Positions 34,232-43,201 of a stretch of 64,000 nucleotides of DNA are shown here, in pieces. Below the pieces are notes generated by a model. The model had not been told where the DNA came from. It saw only the letters and a list, made by a program, of their open reading frames with translations, and did not search any database. Each line of letters opens with the position of its first letter. Positions within the stretch are counted from its first letter, which is position 1. The translations under genes and the position numbers were made by a program. Source of the stretch: Acidobacteriota bacterium (GTDB taxonomy: Bacteria; Acidobacteriota; UBA6911). The stretch covers positions 2,944,001-3,008,000 of the forward strand of contig OY761556.1 of the NCBI GenBank assembly GCA_963664705.1, read 5' to 3'.

Positions 34232-37134
34232 CTCCCGAGCGATGGATGGAGATCGAGCGCCTCTACCATTTGGCTCGGGCCCAGGCTCCCGAAGAACGCG
34301 AGTCTTTTCTGAATCAGGCCTGTACCCATGATGAATCCCTGCGAAAGGAAGTTGCATCGCTCCTGGTCAGCCAGGCTGAAGCCGGAGACTTCATCGAAGG
34401 ATCGGCAATGGATATTGCCGCCAGGGCGATGGCCGCAAAACAGGTGGAACTCAATGCGCGCCTCATCGGACAAACACTCCTGCACTACCGGCTGATCGAT
34501 GTTTTAGGTCAGGGCGGAATGGGAGACGTTTTTCTCGCAGAGGATACACACCTCAATCGGAAAGTGGCGGTTAAAGTCCTGCCCAATACATTTTTCAATG
34601 ATCCGGGCAAGATGGCCCGCTTCGAACGCGAAGCGAAGCTGCTGGCCTCGCTCAATCATCCCGTCATCGCGGCCGTGTACGGGCTCGAACAGGCAGATGG
34701 AAAACGCTTCATGGTCATGGAATGGGTTGAGGGTGAAACGCTGGCACGAAGACTGAGCAAAGGGCCAATTCCATTCGAGAAGACACTCGAAATATGCAGA
34801 CAGATAGCGGAAGGCCTCGAAGCCGCACATGACAAAGGGATCATCCATCGCGATCTGAAGCCGGCAAACATTATGATCACCGAGGGAGACAAGGTCAAAA
34901 TCCTTGATTTTGGGCTGGCCAAGGCACTTGCGGGTGAGACACAGGCCATTGATGCATCGCAATCCCCTTCTCTCACGGCATTGATCACACAACCGGGTGT
35001 TATCTTCGGTACCGCTGCCTACATGAGCCCGGAACAAGCCAAAGGCAAGCCCGTCGACAAACGCGCCGATATCTGGGCTTTTGGAGTACTGCTCTACGAA
35101 ATGCTTACCGGCCGTCAGCCCTTCACGAAAGAAACGGTCGCCGACACCCTGGTAGCGGTTCTGACAAAAGAACCCGATTGGAAAAAGGTTCCTGGAAGAA
35201 CTCAATCACTCCTTCACAGATGCCTGGAAAAGGACCCCAGGCGAAGATTGCGCGACATCGGAGAAGCGATGGCATGGGTCGAAAACACGCCCGACTCCAT
35301 GCTCGCCAAATACCCCCGGCTCGCCTGGAGCCTGGCCATCGTTTTCATAATGGCATTCGGGCTTTTGCTGTTTATATACCTGTTCGACCGGAACAGGAAC
35401 CCTTCATCGGAACCGGTGCAATTGCAGGTCACTCCGGCGGCGGTAATGGCGCCGGAAGGCTCTTTTGCGCTGTCGCCGGATGGCCGCTGGCTTGCATTTG
35501 CAGCCAGGAGCGCCGATGGATTTGAACGCGTGTGGATTCGTGGGCTGCATTCCCTGCAGGCCAGCCCTCTCATGGGGACAGAAGCGGATTACATTCCTCC
35601 GTTGTTCTGGTCTCCTGACAGTCGCTTCATCGGTTTCAGTTCCCGGGGAAAGCTCAAAAAGATCGATATTACGGGAGGGCCTCCCGTTGCCCTGTGCGAT
35701 ATCCCGGGATACACCGTTGGAGGAACGTGGAACCGGGATGGAGTGATCATTATCGGACACCCCAATCGCGGGCTGATGCGACTCTCCGCCGAAAACAAAA
35801 CTGCAATTCCACTCACTCTCCCGAACCAGTCACGGAATGAATCGAAGCACATGTTCCCCACCTTCCTCCCGGATGGAAAGCATTTCCTCTATTACTGCTT
35901 TTCGGGTAAGCCGGAGGGCAGCGGCATCTATGTCGCGTCGCTGGGCGAGACCCCGCAAACACAGACTCCAAGGCAGATACTGTCCACCAATTTCGGAGCA
36001 GTGTATATTCCCTCCCGCGCATCGCATCGTGGACAACTGCTGTTTATGCAGGAGCAGACTCTGATGGCGCAACCTTTCGACGAAAATCGCCTATGCCTGG
36101 TTGGCGAGCCCGTACCGGTTGCGGAAAAGGTCGGCTCTTTCATGGCCTTTGGTTTTTTTACGGCTTCGGCTAATGGCATTCTTGTTTACAGAAGCGGCAG
36201 TGCCGGACAAATCAACCAGCTTACTTGGTTTGACCGGCAGGGGAATCCGTTGGGAAAGGCCGGAGAATCCGGTGAATACTGGGGCCTATCCATTTCTCCG
36301 AACGGAACCCGCGGAATTGTCAGTTGGCTGAATCCCGCCCAAACGCCTTTATCCATCGATTTGTGGTTTCTGAATTTTGCACAGGGCACAAAAACACGAT
36401 TTACTTCCGGAGAAGGCAATAGTCAAAGCCCGATCTGGTCGCCCGACGGAAGCCGTATCGCCTTCATCTCGAACCGCGAGAACGGCGTTTATAACTTGTA
36501 TCAAAAACAGGCCGGTGGTCTGAAAGAATCGGAGGCGCTGCACAAATCCGCAGAAGAACAGGATGCCAACAGTTGGTCGCGAGACGGCCGGTTATTGATG
36601 TATACCACGCAGAATATCAAGACCAGGGCTGATCTCTGGATTCTTTCAATGAACGGATCGCGCGATGCCATTCCTTTTCTACAGACTGAGTGCAATGAGT
36701 TTGACGGCCATTTTTCTCCCGATACGAAATGGGTTGCCTACACATCCGATGAATCGGGAAGCAATGAAATCTATGTTCGGCGTTTCGATTCTTCCGGCCC
36801 GAGAGTTTCCGAAGAGGAAGGAAAATGGACGATATCGAAAGGAGGGGGGACGGCACCGCGCTGGAGAGGAGACGGCAGAGAACTGTACTATCGCACTCCC
36901 GACGGAAAGATCATGGCGGCTGAGATCGCGCCGGAAACCGCGTTCCGCATAAAGGCAACCCGCGCCCTTTTCCATGTTCCTTCGATTGCGCCAAAGATCT
37001 TTGGGAGCTACACCTATTTTTATTGGGATGCGACCAGGGACGGCAATCTATTCCTGATACCAACTCCGGCGGTGGAAACATCTCCTTCGCCGTTCACCGT
37101 TATTCTCAACTGGGCCGCTTTGCTGCGACATTAG
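34228..37134 (+). CDS. Ser/Thr protein kinase with TM helix and TolB/PD40-like beta-propeller
   Basis: LGQGGMGDV, HRDLKPAN, LDFGLAK and GTAAYMSPEQ; repeated W/FSPDG blades. Confidence 0.93.
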   Translation: MTPERWMEIERLYHLARAQAPEERESFLNQACTHDESLRKEVASLLVSQAEAGDFIEGSAMDIAARAMAAKQVELNARLIGQTLLHYRLIDVLGQGGMGDVFLAEDTHLNRKVAVKVLPNTFFNDPGKMARFEREAKLLASLNHPVIAAVYGLEQADGKRFMVMEWVEGETLARRLSKGPIPFEKTLEICRQIAEGLEAAHDKGIIHRDLKPANIMITEGDKVKILDFGLAKALAGETQAIDASQSPSLTALITQPGVIFGTAAYMSPEQAKGKPVDKRADIWAFGVLLYEMLTGRQPFTKETVADTLVAVLTKEPDWKKVPGRTQSLLHRCLEKDPRRRLRDIGEAMAWVENTPDSMLAKYPRLAWSLAIVFIMAFGLLLFIYLFDRNRNPSSEPVQLQVTPAAVMAPEGSFALSPDGRWLAFAARSADGFERVWIRGLHSLQASPLMGTEADYIPPLFWSPDSRFIGFSSRGKLKKIDITGGPPVALCDIPGYTVGGTWNRDGVIIIGHPNRGLMRLSAENKTAIPLTLPNQSRNESKHMFPTFLPDGKHFLYYCFSGKPEGSGIYVASLGETPQTQTPRQILSTNFGAVYIPSRASHRGQLLFMQEQTLMAQPFDENRLCLVGEPVPVAEKVGSFMAFGFFTASANGILVYRSGSAGQINQLTWFDRQGNPLGKAGESGEYWGLSISPNGTRGIVSWLNPAQTPLSIDLWFLNFAQGTKTRFTSGEGNSQSPIWSPDGSRIAFISNRENGVYNLYQKQAGGLKESEALHKSAEEQDANSWSRDGRLLMYTTQNIKTRADLWILSMNGSRDAIPFLQTECNEFDGHFSPDTKWVAYTSDESGSNEIYVRRFDSSGPRVSEEEGKWTISKGGGTAPRWRGDGRELYYRTPDGKIMAAEIAPETAFRIKATRALFHVPSIAPKIFGSYTYFYWDATRDGNLFLIPTPAVETSPSPFTVILNWAALLRH

Positions 37135-37160
37135 GTCCGTGCGGAATCCATTCGTCTGGT

Positions 37161-37652
37161 TCAAATAAACTTCTGCATCCAGATAATGTCGAAATCCCGG
37201 CCAAATTTCTGTCCAACTCTCCGGAACCTGCCACATTCCTCAAACCCATGCTTTTTCTGGAACTCCAGGCTGGGTTGGTTGAGAGACGAAGCCCCTCCGA
37301 TGATGGTATCGATTCCAAGAGTTTTTGCGTCCTGCTCAAGCCTGGAAAGCACTTGCCCTCCCAGTCCATGGCGGGTGTGTTCGGATAGAATGAAGATCGT
37401 GACTTCCGCGCTTCGGGACAGCGTATCCGCGAGGTGCACGGGTCGCAGGCCGGCAAATCCAATAACTTGACCATTCGGAATTTCGGCCACGTACAGAGGA
37501 AGCCTTCCTGCCAATGATTGCAGCCGGTGAAGGAAGCCGGCATCCACAGGCAAAGAGGGATAAGCCGCGAAGGTATTCTGAGCAAAATGGTTGAAAATCC
37601 CTGCGAGGGACTCGGCATCACTATCCTGAGCTATTCGAATGCGATACTCCAA
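37161..37652 (-). CDS. GNAT N-acetyltransferase (YncA/Pat-like)
   Basis: AAGGAG RBS before TTG at 37652; TRHGLGGQVL, NQPSLEFQKKHGF and VGQKFGR..D..W.Q. Confidence 0.85.
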   Translation of the reverse strand: MEYRIRIAQDSDAESLAGIFNHFAQNTFAAYPSLPVDAGFLHRLQSLAGRLPLYVAEIPNGQVIGFAGLRPVHLADTLSRSAEVTIFILSEHTRHGLGGQVLSRLEQDAKTLGIDTIIGGASSLNQPSLEFQKKHGFEECGRFRRVGQKFGRDFDIIWMQKFI

Positions 37653-37674
37653 TTGGCTGCACTCCTTTGTTGGG

Positions 37675-37704
37675 AATTCCAGATTCCGGATTCCAGATTT
37701 CAGA
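37675..37704. repeat. Heptamer tandem repeat (GATTYCR, ~4 units)
   Basis: aattcca gattccg gattcca gatttca; same unit as at 14588. Confidence 0.55.
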
Positions 37705-37795
37705 CCAAGACCTGGGCGCAAGCAGTGGCGCGCTCGCCAGCGGGACGCGGGCTCTCCCAGTCGTTGGCGACCGTTATGCCCTGCCTGGGCCTGAA

Positions 37796-38944
37796 CTAGA
37801 ATTTTACGCCGAGCCGAATGCCCCACTCACTGGATTTATTGGCCGGTTCCTGCCCCTCCGTAATATAGCCACCGTAGGAGAAGCTGCCGATCTCGGATTC
37901 CTTGATGTCCCAGTACCTGAAAACCGGCTCAATGAGAATCTCCTTTCCCCCAAATTTTTTGCTGATTCTCAGCGCTCCCCGGCCGCCCCATCCATTGTTC
38001 TGGACAGTCATCAGAGTTGGCAGCTCAGGGTTGGCATCACCATATTCACTGTGCATCCACCCGCGCCAGAAATGATCATACTCTGCCGATGGGTTCAGCG
38101 ACCAACCATGCCCCAAACCAACCGTGACGCCCACCCCGATCGGGCTATATAGGAAATGGGACTTGCGATCCCAGAAATAATCCCCCCATCTGTTCCTTTT
38201 CCCACCCATGCCATCATACAGATATCTGTATCCAATACCTGTGACGGGAGTCAGATAAAGTCGTTCCGACAGGCTGATATTGCGGCCGAAAAGCAATCTT
38301 GTTTCAATGGTATATTCCCGTATGTCCTTGACATAATCCGGATAGGTTAAATCAGGATGGAAGTAATCGGTATTCGCAAAACTAAATCTGCCCTCCATTT
38401 CTAAAGTAAATTTTCTGGGGTGGAAGGCATAATCGCCATATACACCAAACTGGACGCCGCTTTGTTCCATGATCTCTTCTTTGAGTATTTCGGCGTAGTT
38501 GAGGTACTGCTGGTATTTTTGCGGCGAGACTTCAATGCCCAATTCCAACCCATGGACCGGATTCCCCTTTTTGGTTGACTGCGGTTTGGTCCTTTCGGAA
38601 GATGCCACAGGCGCCCTGCTTGGAGCCGGCAATTCCGCGCGTGGTGTTGCCCCTTCCCTTCCGGCAGAAGGTAAATTGCTGCCCACTTCCTGGATACGAA
38701 CGAACCTGGATTCAACAAATGCCGTTGCAGCACCATCGCCGATCCGTATTTTCACGTAATCCTGATCTGCACTCAACACCTCAACGCTATCGCCACACGA
38801 AAACTGCTTCACTTGAACAATACTGCGTGGCTTTTCCCACGCGGGCACACCCAGCTTATCCTGACACTCGATCAAACCTCTGGTTTGCGCAAAAGCCGAA
38901 ACAGTGAAGAAGAAGAACAAGACAAAGAGATTGAGAATTTTCAC
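37796..38944 (-). CDS. Outer-membrane beta-barrel protein with N-terminal SH3-like domain
   Basis: Signal peptide; GDSVEVL...YVKIR...AFVESRFV; low-complexity linker; amphipathic strands; terminal RLGVKF. Confidence 0.72.
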   Translation of the reverse strand: MKILNLFVLFFFFTVSAFAQTRGLIECQDKLGVPAWEKPRSIVQVKQFSCGDSVEVLSADQDYVKIRIGDGAATAFVESRFVRIQEVGSNLPSAGREGATPRAELPAPSRAPVASSERTKPQSTKKGNPVHGLELGIEVSPQKYQQYLNYAEILKEEIMEQSGVQFGVYGDYAFHPRKFTLEMEGRFSFANTDYFHPDLTYPDYVKDIREYTIETRLLFGRNISLSERLYLTPVTGIGYRYLYDGMGGKRNRWGDYFWDRKSHFLYSPIGVGVTVGLGHGWSLNPSAEYDHFWRGWMHSEYGDANPELPTLMTVQNNGWGGRGALRISKKFGGKEILIEPVFRYWDIKESEIGSFSYGGYITEGQEPANKSSEWGIRLGVKF

Positions 38945-39132
38945 GGTAGCCTCTTCAGTATGGTTTGGTTGTAGCCATCTGCTGACTTATCGGCGTGCTG
39001 ATTTTGGCGGTTAAGAATTTTGAATCGTAGTAACGATTGGATTGGGTTGGGTTGGTTGATTATTGGATAAAAATCCCCGCCGCACGGCTGCTTGCATGGC
39101 GCTGATGCGCCGGAACAGCGGCGCGCCCAGGG

Positions 39133-39687
39133 CTAATCGGGAACAACATATCGTTCATACCATCGCTCCACAGTGGAACGATGAAGCGACATCCATGCTT
39201 CATATACCGAAAGAACATACTGGCTGCGCGTTGCGGGAGTGACGACACCCCCGCCCGGGAAAAGATGCCGGATCGTCAATGAACTCCCGAGTTCGGGAGG
39301 ATCCAGTTTATGAAAAACACCGCGAGAGCGGAGGGCACGATCAATCGGCCATCTGGGCCGTGTCGTCCTGCCACTGATGATCCCATACAGATTCAGGATA
39401 TGCACGGCCACGGACTGAATAGCCTGCGGAGAGTCTTCACCATGGTGCTGCACGCCATACGCGTCTCCCCAAATTGCCTCCAGCAGGGAGTCATTCCGCT
39501 GCGCCGGAGGCTGCGGGGAATTCGGAGGAATCCTCGACTGTTCAACCAGAGCAGTCGAATCGGAATCAGCATTTGCAACCATGCAATTAAGCAGGGTCCA
39601 ACAGCCGGCGGAGGCGCCGACATACCGATGAATAGGCCCATCCATTGGGGGGAACAGAGCTCCACAACCCGGACAAGGCGTCAACAC
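39133..39687 (-). CDS. DUF5946-like hypothetical protein
   Basis: AGGAGG RBS; CPGCGA...HRYVGASAGCW, DAYGVQH and QSVAVH. Confidence 0.72.
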   Translation of the reverse strand: MLTPCPGCGALFPPMDGPIHRYVGASAGCWTLLNCMVANADSDSTALVEQSRIPPNSPQPPAQRNDSLLEAIWGDAYGVQHHGEDSPQAIQSVAVHILNLYGIISGRTTRPRWPIDRALRSRGVFHKLDPPELGSSLTIRHLFPGGGVVTPATRSQYVLSVYEAWMSLHRSTVERWYERYVVPD

Positions 39688-39869
39688 GACCAGCCTCCTA
39701 TCGAACCCAGATGCTTCTGCATTTTAAAAACTGCGCCAGTAATCCGCATAAATCTTAGCCAGCCTTTTCGATTTGGCTGCTCTGCGTTATCATACTTCCA
39801 TAAATTAAGCCAACAGCGGAAAAGTTCTTCATTGCATTTCACGGCCGTCGATGTGGAAGAGGCGCTCTC

Positions 39870-40895
39870 ATGATCGGCAAAACTCCGAATCATCATCCAA
39901 ACCCACGTAGCCACAGATTCATAACAAAACTCCTGCAGGTCAGCGCGCGGTTCAGCATCCTGGCCACTCTTGCGGCCGCCGCATCCTGGCAAGCCCGTCC
40001 CGCATCCGCTCAATTACCGGCCGATACAAAGCCGTCCTTTGAGGTTGCATCGATAAAACCTGCACAAGATTGCAACAGCACCATGCCCCTTCCGGGAGGC
40101 GGGACCATGAAAATGCGAATGCCGGTTTTCGGCTTCAAACCCGCCCGCTACGAAGCCTGTGGGGCGCTGAAGGACTTCGTCATGGAAGCATACCAGGATG
40201 AACGAGACGCCGAAACAATTGCGGGCGGTCCGGACTGGTTTGACAAAACAGATTTCCAAATTGAGGCAAAAGCAGAAAACGCCGTCGCCAGGCAGCAGAT
40301 GCGCCTGATGCTTCAGTCGCTGCTGGAAGAGAGATTCAAGCTGAAGCTGCATAGAGAGTCGCGCGAAAGGAAGGTGTACTGGCTGACCGTTGAGAAAAAT
40401 GGGCCCAAATTCCGGCAATCGAAAGACGATGCGGGGAATCCGATTACCCAGCGCCCTCCCCTTCCACTCAAAGTGACCGCCGATGAGCTGAAGAAAGGAG
40501 TCCCGGGCCTGCTGATGCCGAATATTTCCTTCGCGGACAGAACGGAAGAGCTTCGAGGGAAAGCGGTTACTCTGGCCAGCCTGGCCGCATCATTGCGAAC
40601 CTATGTTGGGCGCAAAGTTATCGACAAGACCGGTCTTGTCGGATTCTATGATTTTGAGCTGCGATTCACATCCGATAGATTGGCGAATCTGCTGTCCCCA
40701 GCCTCATCCGGCATCGCGGGCCCGGGCCCGACCGGTTCTTCCGCAGGTTCCTCCCCGATTCAACCACCGGCTGAAGCCGGAGGCCCTTCAATTTTCGGAG
40801 CCCTTCAAAAGCAGCTTGGCCTGAAACTGGAGGAGAATAAAGTATCTCAGGATTACATCGTTATTGACAGCGCGGAGATGCCATCGGAAAATTAG
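39870..40895 (+). CDS. TIGR03435-family protein
   Basis: FEVASIKP, GGPDW, MLQSLLEERFKL, VIDKTGL.G.YDF, SIF.ALQ.QLGLKLE and VIDSAE.PSEN. Confidence 0.92.
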   Translation: MIGKTPNHHPNPRSHRFITKLLQVSARFSILATLAAAASWQARPASAQLPADTKPSFEVASIKPAQDCNSTMPLPGGGTMKMRMPVFGFKPARYEACGALKDFVMEAYQDERDAETIAGGPDWFDKTDFQIEAKAENAVARQQMRLMLQSLLEERFKLKLHRESRERKVYWLTVEKNGPKFRQSKDDAGNPITQRPPLPLKVTADELKKGVPGLLMPNISFADRTEELRGKAVTLASLAASLRTYVGRKVIDKTGLVGFYDFELRFTSDRLANLLSPASSGIAGPGPTGSSAGSSPIQPPAEAGGPSIFGALQKQLGLKLEENKVSQDYIVIDSAEMPSEN

Positions 40896-41103
40896 GGCGA
40901 TGCATTTTCCAAGGCAGCAGAATTCTCCATTCAGAATCGGGTTTCACACTTTTGCACTCGACTCCTCAGACTCACGTTCAACGGCATTGAGCCCAGATGG
41001 AAATTGCCCGCTCCAATCCCGTCCTTTGCCGCACTTCGGCAATGGGGCCCATATCAGGGATTGTGCTAAGATAATTTAGTTATTTAATAGGCTCTTCTGG
41101 GGA

Positions 41104-42066
41104 ATGATGAGAAGCCTGACCCGAATCAAATCTCGATCAATCCTCATTACCCTGCGCATTCTGTGCTGCCTTATTCTGATCCCTGGAACGGGAGTTGCGC
41201 AGGAGGAATCCAAGTCTCAGCCTGCGAACGTCAAGCCAGTCCAACTGCTTGTCGATATGAGCGCCGAAGAACTGAGGCAAAATTATCCATACGAGTTTTC
41301 CGATCTTGTATTCGACTCAAATCAGGACAGTCTTGCCGCATTGCTGAAAAATGCCGGGAGGAGGGTCGAGGACTTCTTTCGTGATCTATCCAATACTTCA
41401 TCGAGAGAACAGGTTGTTCTGCAAATCCTGGATTCCGGTGAAAAGCCTCAAGCTACTTCCAGGCAGGAGTTTTATTATCTCATCTCTCAATCCGGATCCG
41501 CCTGGAAAGAAGACCGGGTCGATATGGAAGGGCAACCCGCCAGCCTGAACAATGGCAGAGGGTATGTTCTGACATCCGGATTTGCCCTCCTCTGCGTCTA
41601 CCTTCATTTCAGTCATCAGCCCGGGTCTCGGTTTCGTTACCTGGGCCGCGACGACTCCGGAAACGGATCCTACGTTATTGCGTTCACGCAGAAGCCCGGG
41701 CAAGGGGACTATTTGGTGGACTATGTTGATCCCTCAACTCATATCCAAACCCATTACCTTCTCCAGGGATTCGTGTGGCTGCAGCCGGACAGCTATCAAA
41801 TCCGGCGAATACAAACCAGCATCATTGTTCCCGCGGGATCTTTGAAAGACCAGGTGACCAGAGTCGATTATCAGGAGTTCCATTTTGAAGGAGCGCCGCA
41901 TTCGCTCTGGCTGCCCTATGAAGCGACCGTGAATCTAAAGGTGGGGAGCAGGATATACCGCAATAAGCACCAGTATTCCGACTACAAAGTGTTTGATGTT
42001 CAAAGCAATTACGCTATCACCAAGCCTGGCACAGCCGACAACGGATCATCCGAGCCTGCGCAATAG
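41104..42066 (+). CDS. Exported hypothetical protein
   Basis: 320-aa ORF with signal peptide; GFVWL....QI.R and WLP...V...N.H.YSDY pattern. Confidence 0.7.
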   Translation: MMRSLTRIKSRSILITLRILCCLILIPGTGVAQEESKSQPANVKPVQLLVDMSAEELRQNYPYEFSDLVFDSNQDSLAALLKNAGRRVEDFFRDLSNTSSREQVVLQILDSGEKPQATSRQEFYYLISQSGSAWKEDRVDMEGQPASLNNGRGYVLTSGFALLCVYLHFSHQPGSRFRYLGRDDSGNGSYVIAFTQKPGQGDYLVDYVDPSTHIQTHYLLQGFVWLQPDSYQIRRIQTSIIVPAGSLKDQVTRVDYQEFHFEGAPHSLWLPYEATVNLKVGSRIYRNKHQYSDYKVFDVQSNYAITKPGTADNGSSEPAQ

Positions 42067-42277
42067 CCCGATGCCCGCGACTCTGCCTGCGGGCTGGTGC
42101 CGGGAAACTCATGCTTTGGGGAATTCACCGCGGATTCCCGAAAGATGCGCCGTACCCGCTCCGTCCCGCGCGCGGCCGTGCTTCTGTATTGAATCACTAC
42201 CGCGGGGCTATGCTACAATAATGCCCATTATTGCATTTTTGATATTTTACAAATTTTAAAGGCGGCTTGATAAGGGA

Positions 42278-42466
42278 GTGCCGGCTATGTCTTTGACACG
42301 CTCGCAAATTTGGAGACTGGTCCTTTTTGCAGCGACCATTACTTGCGCCATTTTGGCCAGGATAAATGCCGGGCAGCGGCTGTTGTTCCAAATTGCCGGC
42401 GGCATTTTGGTTTTTGCCATAACGGCGCTGTGGCTTATGGCAAACCATCGTGATCACAGCGCATAA
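42278..42466 (+). CDS. Small two-helix membrane protein
   Basis: GGGAG upstream; two hydrophobic helices. Confidence 0.45.
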   Translation: MPAMSLTRSQIWRLVLFAATITCAILARINAGQRLLFQIAGGILVFAITALWLMANHRDHSA

Positions 42467-42496
42467 ACTATCCCGCCACCGAACGGAACCTCACTC

Positions 42497-42598
42497 ATGG
42501 GAAATCTCTCGACTACTGAATTGGTAATTATTGTTGTCCTCGCAATTGTACTTTTGCTGGGGCTCCGCATATTCCTCACAAAAAGAGGTGACAAGTAA
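42497..42598 (+). CDS. 33-aa single-helix micro-protein with TatA-like N-terminus
   Basis: Below the ORF-track cutoff: MGNLSTTELVIIVVLAIVLLLGLRIFLTKRGDK; weak RBS. Confidence 0.4.
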   Translation: MGNLSTTELVIIVVLAIVLLLGLRIFLTKRGDK

Positions 42599-42769
42599 TC
42601 TGCACCTGGCGATATAGAGAGCGCATCTAATTTAGTCGAAGACGCCCTTTCCCCTCATCCGAACCGCAATCATTTTTGTTTGGATCGAACCGGCTCCATA
42701 ATTTTATTGCATACCTCCTACATATGTAGTAGATTTATCTACAATCGTAGTATTCATGGGAGACCCCGA

Positions 42770-43201
42770 ATGACCAAACGCAAGCCAGTGGCACTGACCA
42801 GATTCGAACTCGAAATCATGCGTGTGTTATGGAACCTCGAACGTGCATCCGTTCGGGAAATACACGAGAACATCCTGGACCGGCGGCGTCCTGCCTATAC
42901 CACGGTTCAAACGATCGTTCACAGGCTCGAGGAAAAGGGAGCGGTGCGACGGCTCAGAAAAATCGGAAATGCGCTGATCTTTGAGCCGGCCATTGCACGC
43001 AGTGCGGTCCATGGTCGGCTCATCACCGAACTGCTGCACCTGTTTGGCGGCTCCGCTCGTCCGTTGATGGCCTATCTGGCGGAAACAGGGAAACTGAATC
43101 TGGAAGACCTGCGCGAGCTGGAGGCTCTGATAGCCCGGCAACGGGAAATATCATCGGATGATTCCCGGCGGGAAGGAGGCAAGAACCATGACAAATCATG
43201 A
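42770..43201 (+). CDS. BlaI/MecI/CopY family repressor
   Basis: LTRFELEIMRVLW, AYTTVQTIVHRLEEKGAV and LFGGS..LMAYL. Confidence 0.93.
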   Translation: MTKRKPVALTRFELEIMRVLWNLERASVREIHENILDRRRPAYTTVQTIVHRLEEKGAVRRLRKIGNALIFEPAIARSAVHGRLITELLHLFGGSARPLMAYLAETGKLNLEDLRELEALIARQREISSDDSRREGGKNHDKS

